A DNA stretch of 64,000 bases from Ignavibacteriota bacterium (lineage in GTDB: Bacteria > Bacteroidota > Ignavibacteria > UBA10030), in contig PMZI01000023.1 of assembly GCA_003170475.1 (NCBI GenBank), positions 95,084-159,083 of the forward strand. The letters run 5' to 3'. The position numbers were made by a program, and so were the translations under genes. The notes beneath the pieces were generated by a model. That model was not told where the DNA came from and searched no databases. It saw nothing but the letters and a program-made list of their open reading frames with translations. Shown piece by piece: positions 1-9,739 of this stretch. Position 1 is the first letter of the stretch. Each line of letters opens with the position of its first letter.

Positions 1-1
1 C

Positions 2-718
2 GGTCGAACTCCCGTTGCAGGAATCGTTCACGCCTTGACCCTCCTTCTTATCATGTTGTTCTTCGGACGATGGGCGGTGCTCATTCCCTTTCCCGCACTC
101 GCGGCAATTCTCGTTGTCGTTGCCTACAACATGAGCGAGTGGCGCTCATTCAAAAAGGTTCTCCGGAGTCCATTGAGTGACGTGGCTGTCATGCTCGTCA
201 CATTTACACTGACCGTGATTGTTGACCTGACCGTTGCCATCGAAGTCGGCATTGTTCTAGCAGCGTTGCTCTTCATGCGGAGGATGTCGGAGGTTAGTCA
301 GGTCAACGCCATCACGCGCGACCTGCAGGACGAACGGGAGGAAGAAGAGACTGCCGTTTCGAAGCCTGTTATTCCGGATGGCGTTGAGGTGTTTGAGTTG
401 TACGGAACGCTTTTCTTTGGAGCGGTTGACCAGTTCACCGAGTCGATGCGTTTTCTGGAGAACAAGCCGAAGGTCTTGATCCTGGAAACAAAACACCTGC
501 TCGCCGTCGATGCAACGGGACTGCGCGCCCTGGATGAACTGGTGTATCAGTTATCCCAGCAGAAAACGCATTTCCTTCTTTCAGGCATTCATAAGCAACC
601 GCTGTTCGCGATGCAGCAATCGGGCCTCCTCGATCGTTTGGGTGATGTCAATGTTTGTGGAGACCTTGACGAGGCTCTGAAGCGGGCGGGAGAGATTATC
701 AAGATCAATGGCGGATAG
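2..718 (+). CDS. sulP: SulP/SLC26 family anion (sulfate/dicarboxylate) transporter, C-terminal part with STAS domain; 5' end outside window
   Basis: Frame is open from base 2 (GRTPVAGIVHAL...). It has hydrophobic helices, DLTVAIEVG, and STAS motifs GTLFFGA and VDATGL. Confidence 0.9.
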   Translation, partial: GRTPVAGIVHALTLLLIMLFFGRWAVLIPFPALAAILVVVAYNMSEWRSFKKVLRSPLSDVAVMLVTFTLTVIVDLTVAIEVGIVLAALLFMRRMSEVSQVNAITRDLQDEREEEETAVSKPVIPDGVEVFELYGTLFFGAVDQFTESMRFLENKPKVLILETKHLLAVDATGLRALDELVYQLSQQKTHFLLSGIHKQPLFAMQQSGLLDRLGDVNVCGDLDEALKRAGEIIKINGG

Positions 719-787
719 AAGCACTCCCCGATAAGAAACAGCAAGAGCATTCGCAATTCTTGTAATGAGAGAGGAAACACAAAAACA

Positions 788-2215
788 ATGCGAAATCCCG
801 TGAGAGTTCGTTCTCCCCTTCGCTGTCTTGCTGTTGCTCTTTCCATGCTCGCGACTCAACCTGTTCTCGCACAGCACAACCACGGCACAGGCGCGCTTTC
901 ACCGCACCAAAAACTTGCCCGCGATATATTCAAGGAGCTGATCGGGATCAACACAACGATGAACATTGGGAGTACAAAAGCAGCTGAGGCGATGGCATCG
1001 CGGTTGAAAACCGCGGGATTCCCGGAGAGCGACATCCAGCTTGTTGGTCCGCGGCCTCGAAACATGAATCTCGTTGTGCGCTACCACGGAAGGGGCGGCC
1101 TTCGACCGATACTTTTCATCGGTCACCTTGATGTCGTTGAAGCGCTCCCCCGGGATTGGTCGTTTGATCCGTTCACTTTTCTCGAGAAGGACGGGTACTT
1201 CTACGGCCGCGGAACATCTGACATGAAATGCGAGGATGCGGATATCGTCACAAACCTCATCCGCCTCAAGAGCGAAGGCTTCGTGCCGAACCGCGACATC
1301 ATCGTGGCGTTGACCGAACACGAGGAGAACGGGGACGCAAACGGCATCGAGTGGCTCCTGGGACATCGCCGTGACCTTATCGATGCGGAGTTTGCGATTA
1401 ACCTTGAAGGCGGCGGAGGGGATATCAAGTCTGGAAAACCCATCCTGATGGAGGTTCAGACGAGTGAGAAGGTATATATCAGTTTTCAACTCGAAGTGAA
1501 GAATCGGGGCGGCCACAGTTCCATGCCTGTCAAAGAAAATGCTATCTACCGCCTTGCCATTGGACTGACCAGGCTTGCGAAGTACGATTTCCCCATCCGG
1601 CTGAACGAAACAACGCGAACGTTCTTTGAGCGTACCGCCAACAAGGAAACCGGGCAATCTCAATCTGATATGATAGCTCTTCTGAGGACGCCTCTGGACA
1701 CCGTTGCCGCCAATCGCCTCGCCACATCCTCAGCGTACTACAACGCCTTGATGCGGACAACGTGTGTGCCAACGATGCTCAACGCCGGGCATGCTGAGAA
1801 TGCTTTGCCGCAAACAGCGCACGCTGTCGTCAATTGCCGCATGCTTCCCGATGATTCCGTGGAAAAGGTGCTCGAAACGCTGCGCCGCGTTCTCGCTGAC
1901 AGTCAGATCACCGTCACGCAACTGGGGCAACCACAACCCGGTCCGTTGTCGCCGCTCCGAAAAGATGTTATGGACAACGTCGAGCGACTCACTGCGTCAA
2001 TGTGGCCCGGCGTGGCGGTGACACCCGTTATGTCCACCGGCGCTTCGGACGGCAAATTCCTTCGTCAGGTAGGGATTCCGGTGTATGGTGTGTCGGGAAT
2101 TTTCGCGGACATCGACGATGTGCGCGCACATGGCAAAGACGAGCGCATCGGAGTCAATGAATTTTACGCTGGCGTAGAGTTCATGTATCAGTTTGTTCAA
2201 TCTCTGACTCGTTGA
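788..2215 (+). CDS. Secreted M20/M25/M40 family metallopeptidase
   Basis: Signal peptide ending VLA-Q, plus M20 motifs GHLDVV, YGRGTSDMK, EHEE, GGHSS and RAHGKDERI. Confidence 0.9.
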   Translation: MRNPVRVRSPLRCLAVALSMLATQPVLAQHNHGTGALSPHQKLARDIFKELIGINTTMNIGSTKAAEAMASRLKTAGFPESDIQLVGPRPRNMNLVVRYHGRGGLRPILFIGHLDVVEALPRDWSFDPFTFLEKDGYFYGRGTSDMKCEDADIVTNLIRLKSEGFVPNRDIIVALTEHEENGDANGIEWLLGHRRDLIDAEFAINLEGGGGDIKSGKPILMEVQTSEKVYISFQLEVKNRGGHSSMPVKENAIYRLAIGLTRLAKYDFPIRLNETTRTFFERTANKETGQSQSDMIALLRTPLDTVAANRLATSSAYYNALMRTTCVPTMLNAGHAENALPQTAHAVVNCRMLPDDSVEKVLETLRRVLADSQITVTQLGQPQPGPLSPLRKDVMDNVERLTASMWPGVAVTPVMSTGASDGKFLRQVGIPVYGVSGIFADIDDVRAHGKDERIGVNEFYAGVEFMYQFVQSLTR

Positions 2216-2309
2216 CCGAGTCGCCATCAATGATTCATCAGGTCTGCCTGACAGCACTGGCACCCCGGGCTGGCAGGAATTGAGATCTGTCTATGCCGGA
2301 GATACAGCC

Positions 2310-2675
2310 ATGAAAAGCATCCTTGCGGTTCTCGTGGGATACCTTGTGTTCGGCGTTGCCGCCATTCTTCTCTTCCTGGTTTCCGGAGTCGACCCTCGGC
2401 AGGATCCCGAACTTGGATTCCGCATTTGGAGTACCTCTTACGGAGTTTTCTTCGCCCTTGCGGGCGGCTATGTTGCAGCACGGATTGCCGGCAAGAAGGA
2501 GATTCTGCACGCCAGCGCAGTGGCGTGCATTCTTGCGGTCATCGCTACCGTCTCTCTGGTTGCTCAACCGGGACATGCGTCATTGTGGTCTCAGATTGCC
2601 GCTCTCGGATTCATGACTCCCGCCGCAATTCTCGGGGGAGTGGTTCGAGCCCGACAAACGAGCATCAAAGACTGA
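2310..2675 (+). CDS. Small hypothetical membrane protein (about 4 TM helices)
   Basis: ATG 2310 follows a GGAG RBS; the protein has four hydrophobic segments; no family recognised. Confidence 0.7.
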   Translation: MKSILAVLVGYLVFGVAAILLFLVSGVDPRQDPELGFRIWSTSYGVFFALAGGYVAARIAGKKEILHASAVACILAVIATVSLVAQPGHASLWSQIAALGFMTPAAILGGVVRARQTSIKD

Positions 2676-2715
2676 GTGTTGTTCTCGTTTCAACGCGTTC
2701 ACACGGAATGTTGCT

Positions 2716-3585
2716 ATGAAAACGGCTCTTTGTATTTTTGGGTTTCTTTTGTTGTCAGTCGCCGGTTCGCTTGGCTTGACAGCCCAAACGCCAGATCATC
2801 AACAGACAGCCGCCCCAAAGATTTCCTACGAAGAAGAGATTGCGGCCTGGCATCAGCAACGCATTGCCAGCCTTAAACGTCCGCACGGATGGCTGTCATT
2901 GATCGCGTTGGATTGGCTGGAAGAAGGAGACAACCATGTCGCCGGTTTTGGTGTGGTGACATTGACCAAAGGAACGATCTCCTATAAGTCACTGCCGGAA
3001 CTTCAACCCGGGCTCCGCGGGGAGATCTTTACGTCCGGCGCACTGATGACCGATGTCGACAAGATTGAGGTTGGGCCGAGAGCTTTCGTCGTCATCAGGC
3101 GCGGCGAGCGGTTTGCCGTCCGAATGTGGGACGCGAATGCAGAGGCGCTCAAGGGGTTCACGGGCATAGAGCGATTCCCGCTCTCGAAAGAGTGGAACAT
3201 AGAAGCCCGCTGGGAAGCGTACGAAAAACCAAAGCTGATCAAGATTCAATCTGTTATTCCTGACTATATGGAAAATTATGTTGTGCCGGGCGTTGCCATT
3301 TTCGTCGTTGGCGGCAAAGAGTATCGGCTCGAGCCGGTTGGTGAGCCGGGGGCGCGGCAATTGTTTTTCATCTTTGCCGATAAGACGAACGGCGGCGATA
3401 CGTACGGTGCGGGACGATTTCTGTATACTGATCCTCCGAGGGGGGGCAGGGTCGTGCTCGATTTCAACAAAGCCACCAATCCGCCGTGTGCATTTTCGAC
3501 CTTCGCAACCTGTCCGCTCCCGCCCGCATCAAACCGTTTACCGGTGCGAATTGAGGCAGGTGAGAAGAGGTTTGGAGATCATTGA
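2716..3585 (+). CDS. DUF1684 family secreted protein
   Basis: Signal peptide, GWLSL, and C-terminal motifs FADKTNGGDTYGAGRFL and LDFNKATNPPCAFSTFATCPLPP..NRL..RIEAGEK. Confidence 0.9.
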   Translation: MKTALCIFGFLLLSVAGSLGLTAQTPDHQQTAAPKISYEEEIAAWHQQRIASLKRPHGWLSLIALDWLEEGDNHVAGFGVVTLTKGTISYKSLPELQPGLRGEIFTSGALMTDVDKIEVGPRAFVVIRRGERFAVRMWDANAEALKGFTGIERFPLSKEWNIEARWEAYEKPKLIKIQSVIPDYMENYVVPGVAIFVVGGKEYRLEPVGEPGARQLFFIFADKTNGGDTYGAGRFLYTDPPRGGRVVLDFNKATNPPCAFSTFATCPLPPASNRLPVRIEAGEKRFGDH

Positions 3586-3618
3586 TTTTCGCGTACATTG
3601 AGCAAAAGGAGTATGAGT

Positions 3619-5049
3619 ATGGCAGACCCTCGACGAACGGTTTCCATGGGTGATCAAAATTACCCGGCCGAAGGTCGTGTGCCGCCCCAGGCGGTCGACG
3701 TTGAAATGGCAGTGCTCGGCGCAATGCTTCTTGACAAAGGGGCAATTGCCAAGGCAATCGAGATCCTCGATGATTCGTCATTCTACAAACCGGCGCATCA
3801 GCGCATCTTTGCAGGCATGCTTGCCCTGTTTGAGAGAAGTGAGCCGGTGGATCTCATCACACTCGTCGAAGAGCTTCGACGACGGGCAGAGCTCGACAAG
3901 ATTGGCGGTGAGTACTATCTCACCGAGCTCACTACGCGAGTGACGACAGCCGCAAATATTGAGTACCACGCTCATATCGTTCTTGAAAAAGCTCTCATGC
4001 GCCAGTTGATTTCTTCTTCCTCTGAGGTTGTCGGGCGGGCGTACAGTGAAACAGAAGATGCGTTGGACCTGCTGGATGAGGCGGAGCAGAAGATTTTCCA
4101 GATCTCCGAACTGCGAATGAAAAAGAGTTTCGTCTCTATGAACGCCGCCGTTCATCAGACGATGGAAATGCTCGAAAGTATTCACGGGAAACATAGTGGT
4201 GTCACCGGCGTATCCTCCGGCTACACCGAACTAGACAACTATACAGGCGGATTTCAGAACTCCGATCTGATTATCGTTGCAGGGCGGCCCAGCCAGGGCA
4301 AAACAGCGCTCGTTCTTTCCATCGCGCGCAACGCATCCATTCTCCACGAGGTCCCCGTCGCATTCTTCAGCCTTGAGATGTCCAACCAACAGTTGGTGTT
4401 GCGCTTGATTTGTGCTGAGGCCCGCGTCGATGCTCAGATGGTTCGAACCGGCCGTTTGCCGGAAGACGAATGGCGGAAGCTCAGCACCACCATCGGCAAG
4501 CTCTACAAAGCAAAGATCTTCATCGATGACACGCCGGCCCTCACAGCCCTCGAAATCCGCGCGAAGGCGCGCCGACTCAAAGCCGAGCATAACGTTGGCC
4601 TGGTTATCGTCGACTATCTTCAGCTGATGCAGGGTCCGAAGAACGTCCAAAGTCGTGAACAGGAAATTTCAAGCATTTCCCGCTCCCTCAAGGCGTTGGC
4701 GAAGGAACTGAATATTCCGGTGATTGCACTGTCACAGTTGAACCGCGCGGTCGAGATGCGCGGCGACAAGCGACCGGTGTTAGCTGATCTTCGAGAGTCT
4801 GGAGCGATCGAGCAGGACGCCGACGTTGTTCTTTTCGTTCACCGCCCCGAAATGTTCGGCATCAACGTCGATGAAAACAACGAGTCCACAGAGGGAATGG
4901 CCGAGATTATCGTGGGCAAACAGCGGAATGGGCCAACGGGAAGTGCGCGTCTTGCATTTATCAAGCAATATGCGCGATTTGAAAACCTCACCCGGTTCCG
5001 CGAGGCGACCTTCCTGCCACCCGAGCCGACCGAAGAAACGCCGTTCTGA
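3619..5049 (+). CDS. dnaB: Replicative DNA helicase DnaB
   Basis: N-terminal PPQAVDVEMAVLG, Walker A AGRPSQGKT, FSLEMS, VDYLQL, ALSQLNR, LRESGAIEQDAD and KQRNGPTG. AGGAG at 3607-3611 favours ATG 3619. Confidence 0.98.
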   Translation: MADPRRTVSMGDQNYPAEGRVPPQAVDVEMAVLGAMLLDKGAIAKAIEILDDSSFYKPAHQRIFAGMLALFERSEPVDLITLVEELRRRAELDKIGGEYYLTELTTRVTTAANIEYHAHIVLEKALMRQLISSSSEVVGRAYSETEDALDLLDEAEQKIFQISELRMKKSFVSMNAAVHQTMEMLESIHGKHSGVTGVSSGYTELDNYTGGFQNSDLIIVAGRPSQGKTALVLSIARNASILHEVPVAFFSLEMSNQQLVLRLICAEARVDAQMVRTGRLPEDEWRKLSTTIGKLYKAKIFIDDTPALTALEIRAKARRLKAEHNVGLVIVDYLQLMQGPKNVQSREQEISSISRSLKALAKELNIPVIALSQLNRAVEMRGDKRPVLADLRESGAIEQDADVVLFVHRPEMFGINVDENNESTEGMAEIIVGKQRNGPTGSARLAFIKQYARFENLTRFREATFLPPEPTEETPF

Positions 5050-5050
5050 T

Positions 5051-5827
5051 ATGGGAAGGATTTTTTCGTCGGTTCGTTCGCTCAAGCACACCTGTTGTGC
5101 AATTCTTCTGGCTGGTGGCCTCGTCCCTCAGCCCACCTTGAGTCAGGATCGAACTTTTTCCATCACCGGCTCTGCTGGTTATGGCCTTCTGAGTTTGGGC
5201 GCGGTCGACGCGAAGAATGCGTCCGATGCCGTGGGGTGGAACGCTCTGGGAATTCCTGTCAACGATTTCGCTTCTCTGAAGCAGTCTCCGTTTTTTTCCG
5301 GCCGCGCAACCTATCGTTATACCCGCGATGTTGCATTCTCCGTGTACGGATCGTACTTTTCGAAGACGGTTTCTTCGTCGTACAGCGGCTCGGATGCGGT
5401 GTTGCAGCTTGATCGCAGCGTCAGCGCGACAGATTTGATGCTGGGTGTCGCCTATTACCCGGATCTCCAACCCTATCTTTTTCAGTGGTATCTCCAGGCT
5501 AATGTTGGGGTTATCCTGGCCCGCGCTACGGCAAGGGCTGTTGGCACACAAGCGACAAAACCGGGCGGCACGGTTGTCATGGTTCCGTTGGTTGACTCTG
5601 AGGGCAAGTACAAGAAGGCACAGATCTCTGCTGCATTTTTCGTCGGAGCTGACATGCCATTGATCCAACATATCTTCATAAGAGGAGAAGCGGGATACCG
5701 GGTTGCTCAGGTGGGCGAACTGGACGGTGACATCACACGCTTTGGCGTTCAAAGCAACGAGTCTTCAACAACGATGTTCGATTTTTCCGGCGTTCTCGTC
5801 AGCATAGGCGTTGGAGTAGCATTCTAA
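5051..5827 (+). CDS. Outer-membrane beta-barrel protein (OmpA/OmpW-like, hypothetical)
   Basis: ATG lies just after the dnaB stop; signal-like N-terminus, alternating amphipathic strands and C-terminal ...SIGVGVAF. Confidence 0.7.
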   Translation: MGRIFSSVRSLKHTCCAILLAGGLVPQPTLSQDRTFSITGSAGYGLLSLGAVDAKNASDAVGWNALGIPVNDFASLKQSPFFSGRATYRYTRDVAFSVYGSYFSKTVSSSYSGSDAVLQLDRSVSATDLMLGVAYYPDLQPYLFQWYLQANVGVILARATARAVGTQATKPGGTVVMVPLVDSEGKYKKAQISAAFFVGADMPLIQHIFIRGEAGYRVAQVGELDGDITRFGVQSNESSTTMFDFSGVLVSIGVGVAF

Positions 5828-5840
5828 GAAGGATCCTTCT

Positions 5841-6716
5841 ATGATCAGACGCACGTTCTTACAGGCCCTTCCTCTTGCAGCCGGTATTCCGGCATTGCTC
5901 GGGAACATACACCTCAAAGATTTCTTCTTTCAGGATGATGATGCCCTCATCTGCGCCGGGAAGTTTGAACTGGCGGTATCTCTCGGGCTCCGTTCAAAGC
6001 CCATGGGAGAAGTCGTCATCGAAATAGGCAAGTCCTTTCTCGGCGTCGACTACAGAGCCAACCTGCTTGAACAACCCGGCGAGGAACGGCTCGTTGTCAA
6101 CCTGACCGGACTCGATTGCGTCCTGTTCTGCGAGAATGCGCTTGTATTCGCACGCTGCGTGAAGAAGAACAAAATGACGTTCGATGATTACAAGGCGGAA
6201 CTGCAGTATGTCCGTTACCGCGGCGGCATCATTGATCGCTACCCGAGTCGGCTGCACTATTTCTCCGATCACATGTACGACAACGAGAAGAAGGGTGTTG
6301 TAAAGAATGTCACCAAGGATATCGGCGGAGTGCCCTTCATCAAGACGATCAACTTCATGTCGACGCACCCGAACTCCTACGTCAAACTCAAGGAAAATCC
6401 TGAGTTTGTACAGGTGATCCAGAAACAGGAAGCGGCGATCAACGAACGCACGATGTACCACATCCCGAAAGATCAAATACGGAAGCATGCGTCGGAAATA
6501 CACAACGGTGATATCATTGCGATAACGACCGACATTGTCGGAATGGACGTTTCTCACACGGGGGTTGCCATTTGGGAACACGATTCACTTCATCTGATGC
6601 ATGCTCCGCTGAGCGGGCGTCAGGTTCAGATCACGGAAAAACCTCTCGCTGACTACCTGGCCGCAAACAACAAGCAGCTCGGCATCATGGTCGCACGACC
6701 ACTGTCACCCGCATAG
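5841..6716 (+). CDS. DUF1460 / AmiA-like N-acetylmuramoyl-L-alanine amidase (NlpC/P60-related)
   Basis: Tat-like MIRRTFLQ signal, catalytic LDC, RYRGG..YPSRLHYFSD, DVSHTG and LMHA. Confidence 0.88.
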   Translation: MIRRTFLQALPLAAGIPALLGNIHLKDFFFQDDDALICAGKFELAVSLGLRSKPMGEVVIEIGKSFLGVDYRANLLEQPGEERLVVNLTGLDCVLFCENALVFARCVKKNKMTFDDYKAELQYVRYRGGIIDRYPSRLHYFSDHMYDNEKKGVVKNVTKDIGGVPFIKTINFMSTHPNSYVKLKENPEFVQVIQKQEAAINERTMYHIPKDQIRKHASEIHNGDIIAITTDIVGMDVSHTGVAIWEHDSLHLMHAPLSGRQVQITEKPLADYLAANNKQLGIMVARPLSPA

Positions 6717-6793
6717 TCACCCGGTGCGGCGTCTTGCAACCGGGAACAAATTTCTGTAAAATATTTTTTGTTCGCGACTGCGAAATTCATTCT

Positions 6794-7777
6794 ATGAAAA
6801 TACCCCGGCGACTTTTCTTTTTGGTCACGATTCTCACGGAGATGCTCCTCGCTCAACAGCCGATCGTCGTTCCTCGCGATTCGGCAGAACTTGTTGTTGG
6901 CGGCAAGAGGATCTCGATAAGCTACGGCCAGCCGGCAATGCGTGGGCGGAAGATTATGGGTGATTATGTTCCCTACAATCGGGTTTGGAGAACGGGAGCG
7001 GGTCAGGCAACAGTTCTGACAACTGATGCAGATCTCGAACTTGGCGGAATGGAGATACCGAAGGGTGCATACTCCCTCTACACGTTTCCTACTGCAACCC
7101 AGTGGAAACTCATCGTGAACAAGCAGACCGGGCAATGGGGAACCATCTATAATCCCCAACAGGATCTTGCCCGCGTCGCTCTTGAGAAGCGGACCGTTCA
7201 AAGTCCCGTTGAGAGGTTGACATTCTTGCTTGAACGCGGCGGCAATGGCTCGGGAATCCTCAAGATTGAATGGGAGAACACTTCGCTTTCACTGCCATTC
7301 AGGGTGAGTCCGACAACAATCGTGGCAAGCCCGCGGGATTCTGTGAAAGTGCTCCTTGCCGGCAAGACCCTGACCGTGAACTATGGCCGCCCCTCGGCAC
7401 GCGGGAGAAAGATCATAGGGGGTGTTGTTCCCTATAATCAAATCTGGCGAACGGGGGCAAACGAAGCAACAACGTTGAGCAGCGAAGCGGATTTGCTGAT
7501 CGGGGGGACGGTAATTCCTCGGGGAACCTATTCATTGTATACTATCCCATCGAAGACGTCCTGGCAGCTTGTGGTGAACAAAGAGGTTGGACAGTCAGGT
7601 CTTGTGTATCATCCGCGCCTTGATCTTGCCAGGGTCAGGCTGCAAAAGACCGGACTGAAGGATTACATCGAACGTTTCACAATTTCAATTGAGCGGGTGA
7701 GTTTGAATTCCGGAGTGCTGAGACTCGCATGGGAAAAAACCGCACTCTCAATTCCATTCACGCTGAAAACCCATTAG
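6794..7777 (+). CDS. Secreted protein with two tandem DUF2911 domains
   Basis: Two copies of PRDS..YG.P..RGRKI.G..VPYN..WRTGA...G.YSLYT.P....W.L.VNK, after a signal peptide starting MKIPRRLFF. Confidence 0.88.
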   Translation: MKIPRRLFFLVTILTEMLLAQQPIVVPRDSAELVVGGKRISISYGQPAMRGRKIMGDYVPYNRVWRTGAGQATVLTTDADLELGGMEIPKGAYSLYTFPTATQWKLIVNKQTGQWGTIYNPQQDLARVALEKRTVQSPVERLTFLLERGGNGSGILKIEWENTSLSLPFRVSPTTIVASPRDSVKVLLAGKTLTVNYGRPSARGRKIIGGVVPYNQIWRTGANEATTLSSEADLLIGGTVIPRGTYSLYTIPSKTSWQLVVNKEVGQSGLVYHPRLDLARVRLQKTGLKDYIERFTISIERVSLNSGVLRLAWEKTALSIPFTLKTH

Positions 7778-7834
7778 CCGATTGCGGCAGAATCTCGTCC
7801 GCCGGTAAAACCCGCTACGTCAAGGAGATCTGGA

Positions 7835-8065
7835 ATGCCAACACGAGTGACTGTGAAGACCAATGGAAGCATTCACCTCGAAGGTGATTTTGAACTGTTC
7901 GATCAAAACGGCGGGAAATTCGATCTCAACGGGCGCACACTGATCAAACTTTGCCGCTGTGGGCAAAGCAAGAACCAGCCGTTGTGCGACAGCAGTCACA
8001 AGACATGCGGATTCCAATCCGAAATTGTTGCTCGGGTCTTACCGCCCCCCGTCCCCAAAACGTGA
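7835..8065 (+). CDS. CDGSH iron-sulfur domain protein
   Basis: LCRCGQSKNQPLCDSSH motif; AGGAG RBS. Confidence 0.92.
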   Translation: MPTRVTVKTNGSIHLEGDFELFDQNGGKFDLNGRTLIKLCRCGQSKNQPLCDSSHKTCGFQSEIVARVLPPPVPKT

Positions 8066-8875
8066 GACATTCCTCTGGCGTTGGACTTCATAGAGAAAGA
8101 CAGCGCTCGCACTGGCAACGTTGAGCGAATCAACTCCATCCTGCATTGAAATCGCAACCGATTCATTACACGCGGCAAGAACCCCGGCTCTGACTCCCTC
8201 TCCCTCGCTTCCAAAAACAATGCAGCAGTCCGCGCCAAACGATGCCTGTTGAAGCATTTTCTGGTCCGCATGCGGATGGGCCGCAATAGCATGAAAAGCG
8301 TGGGCCAATCGCATTTCACCGATTGCGCTAATGAGGTCGGTGAGCTGAACAACGGGAAGGTGAAAGACGGTCCCCATAGAATTTCGCACCGCGCGTCGCA
8401 GGTAGGGGCTGCTCGACGTTTCACCAACAAGGAGAGCGTCCACCTTGAATGCCGCACAGTTTCTGACAAGCGCACCAAGATTTTCAGCGTTCGTCAGTCC
8501 GTCAACCGCAACAAAGAGGCGCGGATGGATAGATTGCTGGAGGGCTTCTGCAAGTGACAGGGGCTTCGGAATGTGGGCGACGGCCATAATTCCCTGGTGC
8601 AGGTTAAACCCGACGATGGATTCAACGACCGATTTCGGGGCCACAAAGACCAAGGGATTCTCCATCCGAGCCTCGAGCAGAGGCCGATAGATCTCAAGCC
8701 ACTCCGGCGTCAGGAGGCATGAGCGAATATCAAGCGTGCTTTCAAGGAGTCGGCAGACCACCTTATCCCCTTCCGCCACGAAGATCCCCTGGCGCTGATG
8801 ATCCAATGGACGGCGAAGTGTTCGGTATGGGTGAAGATGCGGCTCTTCCAGTGTTTCGACGGGGCGAATGGTCAT
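8039..8875 (-). CDS. TrmH/SpoU family RNA 2'-O-methyltransferase
   Basis: FVAEG, HQGIMA, NAENLGALVRN, VFGSEGEGV and DSLNVASASA SPOUT motifs; GAGG precedes ATG 8875. Confidence 0.92.
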   Translation of the reverse strand: MTIRPVETLEEPHLHPYRTLRRPLDHQRQGIFVAEGDKVVCRLLESTLDIRSCLLTPEWLEIYRPLLEARMENPLVFVAPKSVVESIVGFNLHQGIMAVAHIPKPLSLAEALQQSIHPRLFVAVDGLTNAENLGALVRNCAAFKVDALLVGETSSSPYLRRAVRNSMGTVFHLPVVQLTDLISAIGEMRLAHAFHAIAAHPHADQKMLQQASFGADCCIVFGSEGEGVRAGVLAACNESVAISMQDGVDSLNVASASAVFLYEVQRQRNVSRFGDGGR

Positions 8876-9029
8876 CGGGCGAATCCTCAACTTCTTTGTA
8901 GTCGAAGAGAATGATACAAGGAGAGTGATTAGAAATCAATTGTTGATTTTTTTTTGCACTCCTGAATTGCCTTGAGGATTTCGATCTCCACATTGGTTTG
9001 GCCGTGCTTTGCCGACCTTCTTGCCATTG

Positions 9030-9058
9030 TTGACATTCGCCAGAAAAGGCAGTACTAT
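9030..9058 (+). promoter_or_regulatory. Sigma70-type promoter for the STAS gene
   Basis: TTGACA (9030-9035), 17 nt spacer, TACTAT (9053-9058). Confidence 0.7.
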
Positions 9059-9142
9059 TTCACGACAGGGAGCCTTTGAGCGCTCGATGCTGACTCGCCG
9101 AAGGATCTCTTCACCCACCAGAATTCTCTGAGGAGATTTTTT

Positions 9143-9481
9143 ATGACAATTAAAGAAAAGATGCATGGCGATGTTGCGGTTCTCACTTTCAAGGGGAATT
9201 TGATGGGAGAGCCCGACACGACCGAAGTCCGGGATAAGATTTATGGCTTGCTGCAGGAGGGTTTCAACAAAATTGTGCTCGACATGGGACAGGTCAAGTG
9301 GGTGAATAGCTCAGGCCTGGGCACGATGATTGCGGCCATGACCTCCGTGAAGAACAAGGGGGGAGAGCTGCGGCTTGCCCGTGTTACCGATAAGGTCGAA
9401 AGCCTCTTTGCCATCACACAGTTAATCAAAGTATTCAAGACATACGAAACGGTTGAACGCGCGGTGGCAAGTTTCAAATAG
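9143..9481 (+). CDS. STAS domain anti-sigma-factor antagonist (RsbV/SpoIIAA-like)
   Basis: 112 aa with VLDMGQVKWVNSSGLG (phosphorylatable Ser) and GGELRLA; GAGGAG RBS. Confidence 0.92.
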   Translation: MTIKEKMHGDVAVLTFKGNLMGEPDTTEVRDKIYGLLQEGFNKIVLDMGQVKWVNSSGLGTMIAAMTSVKNKGGELRLARVTDKVESLFAITQLIKVFKTYETVERAVASFK

Positions 9482-9548
9482 TTGTCGTGTCCAACCAAAG
9501 TCCCTCCTTCACCTCAGAGTGGTAGGATCAGACCTACAGAGTGTGCGG

Positions 9549-9586
9549 TGGCATCGCCGGTGAATCCGGCGATGCCATTTGCATTT
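9549..9586 (+). terminator. Rho-independent terminator after the STAS gene
   Basis: Perfect 12-bp stem TGGCATCGCCGG-tgaat-CCGGCGATGCCA followed by TTTGCATTT. Confidence 0.75.
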
Positions 9587-9739
9587 AGAAGTTCCCTCTT
9601 ATTACTTGCCATTCCATGTAGTTCTATTCGAAATTTTCTTAGATTTATTGAATTGTATTTGATAAACCCGGGCTAGACTCTTCTTGTTCAAGAACGCACA
9701 CATTCTCCACCATTTTCGAGCCGTTTCTCTGACATAACC

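Noticed and set aside
3619-5049. Intein in DnaB
   Set aside because: Normal length (about 476 aa) and contiguous helicase motifs.
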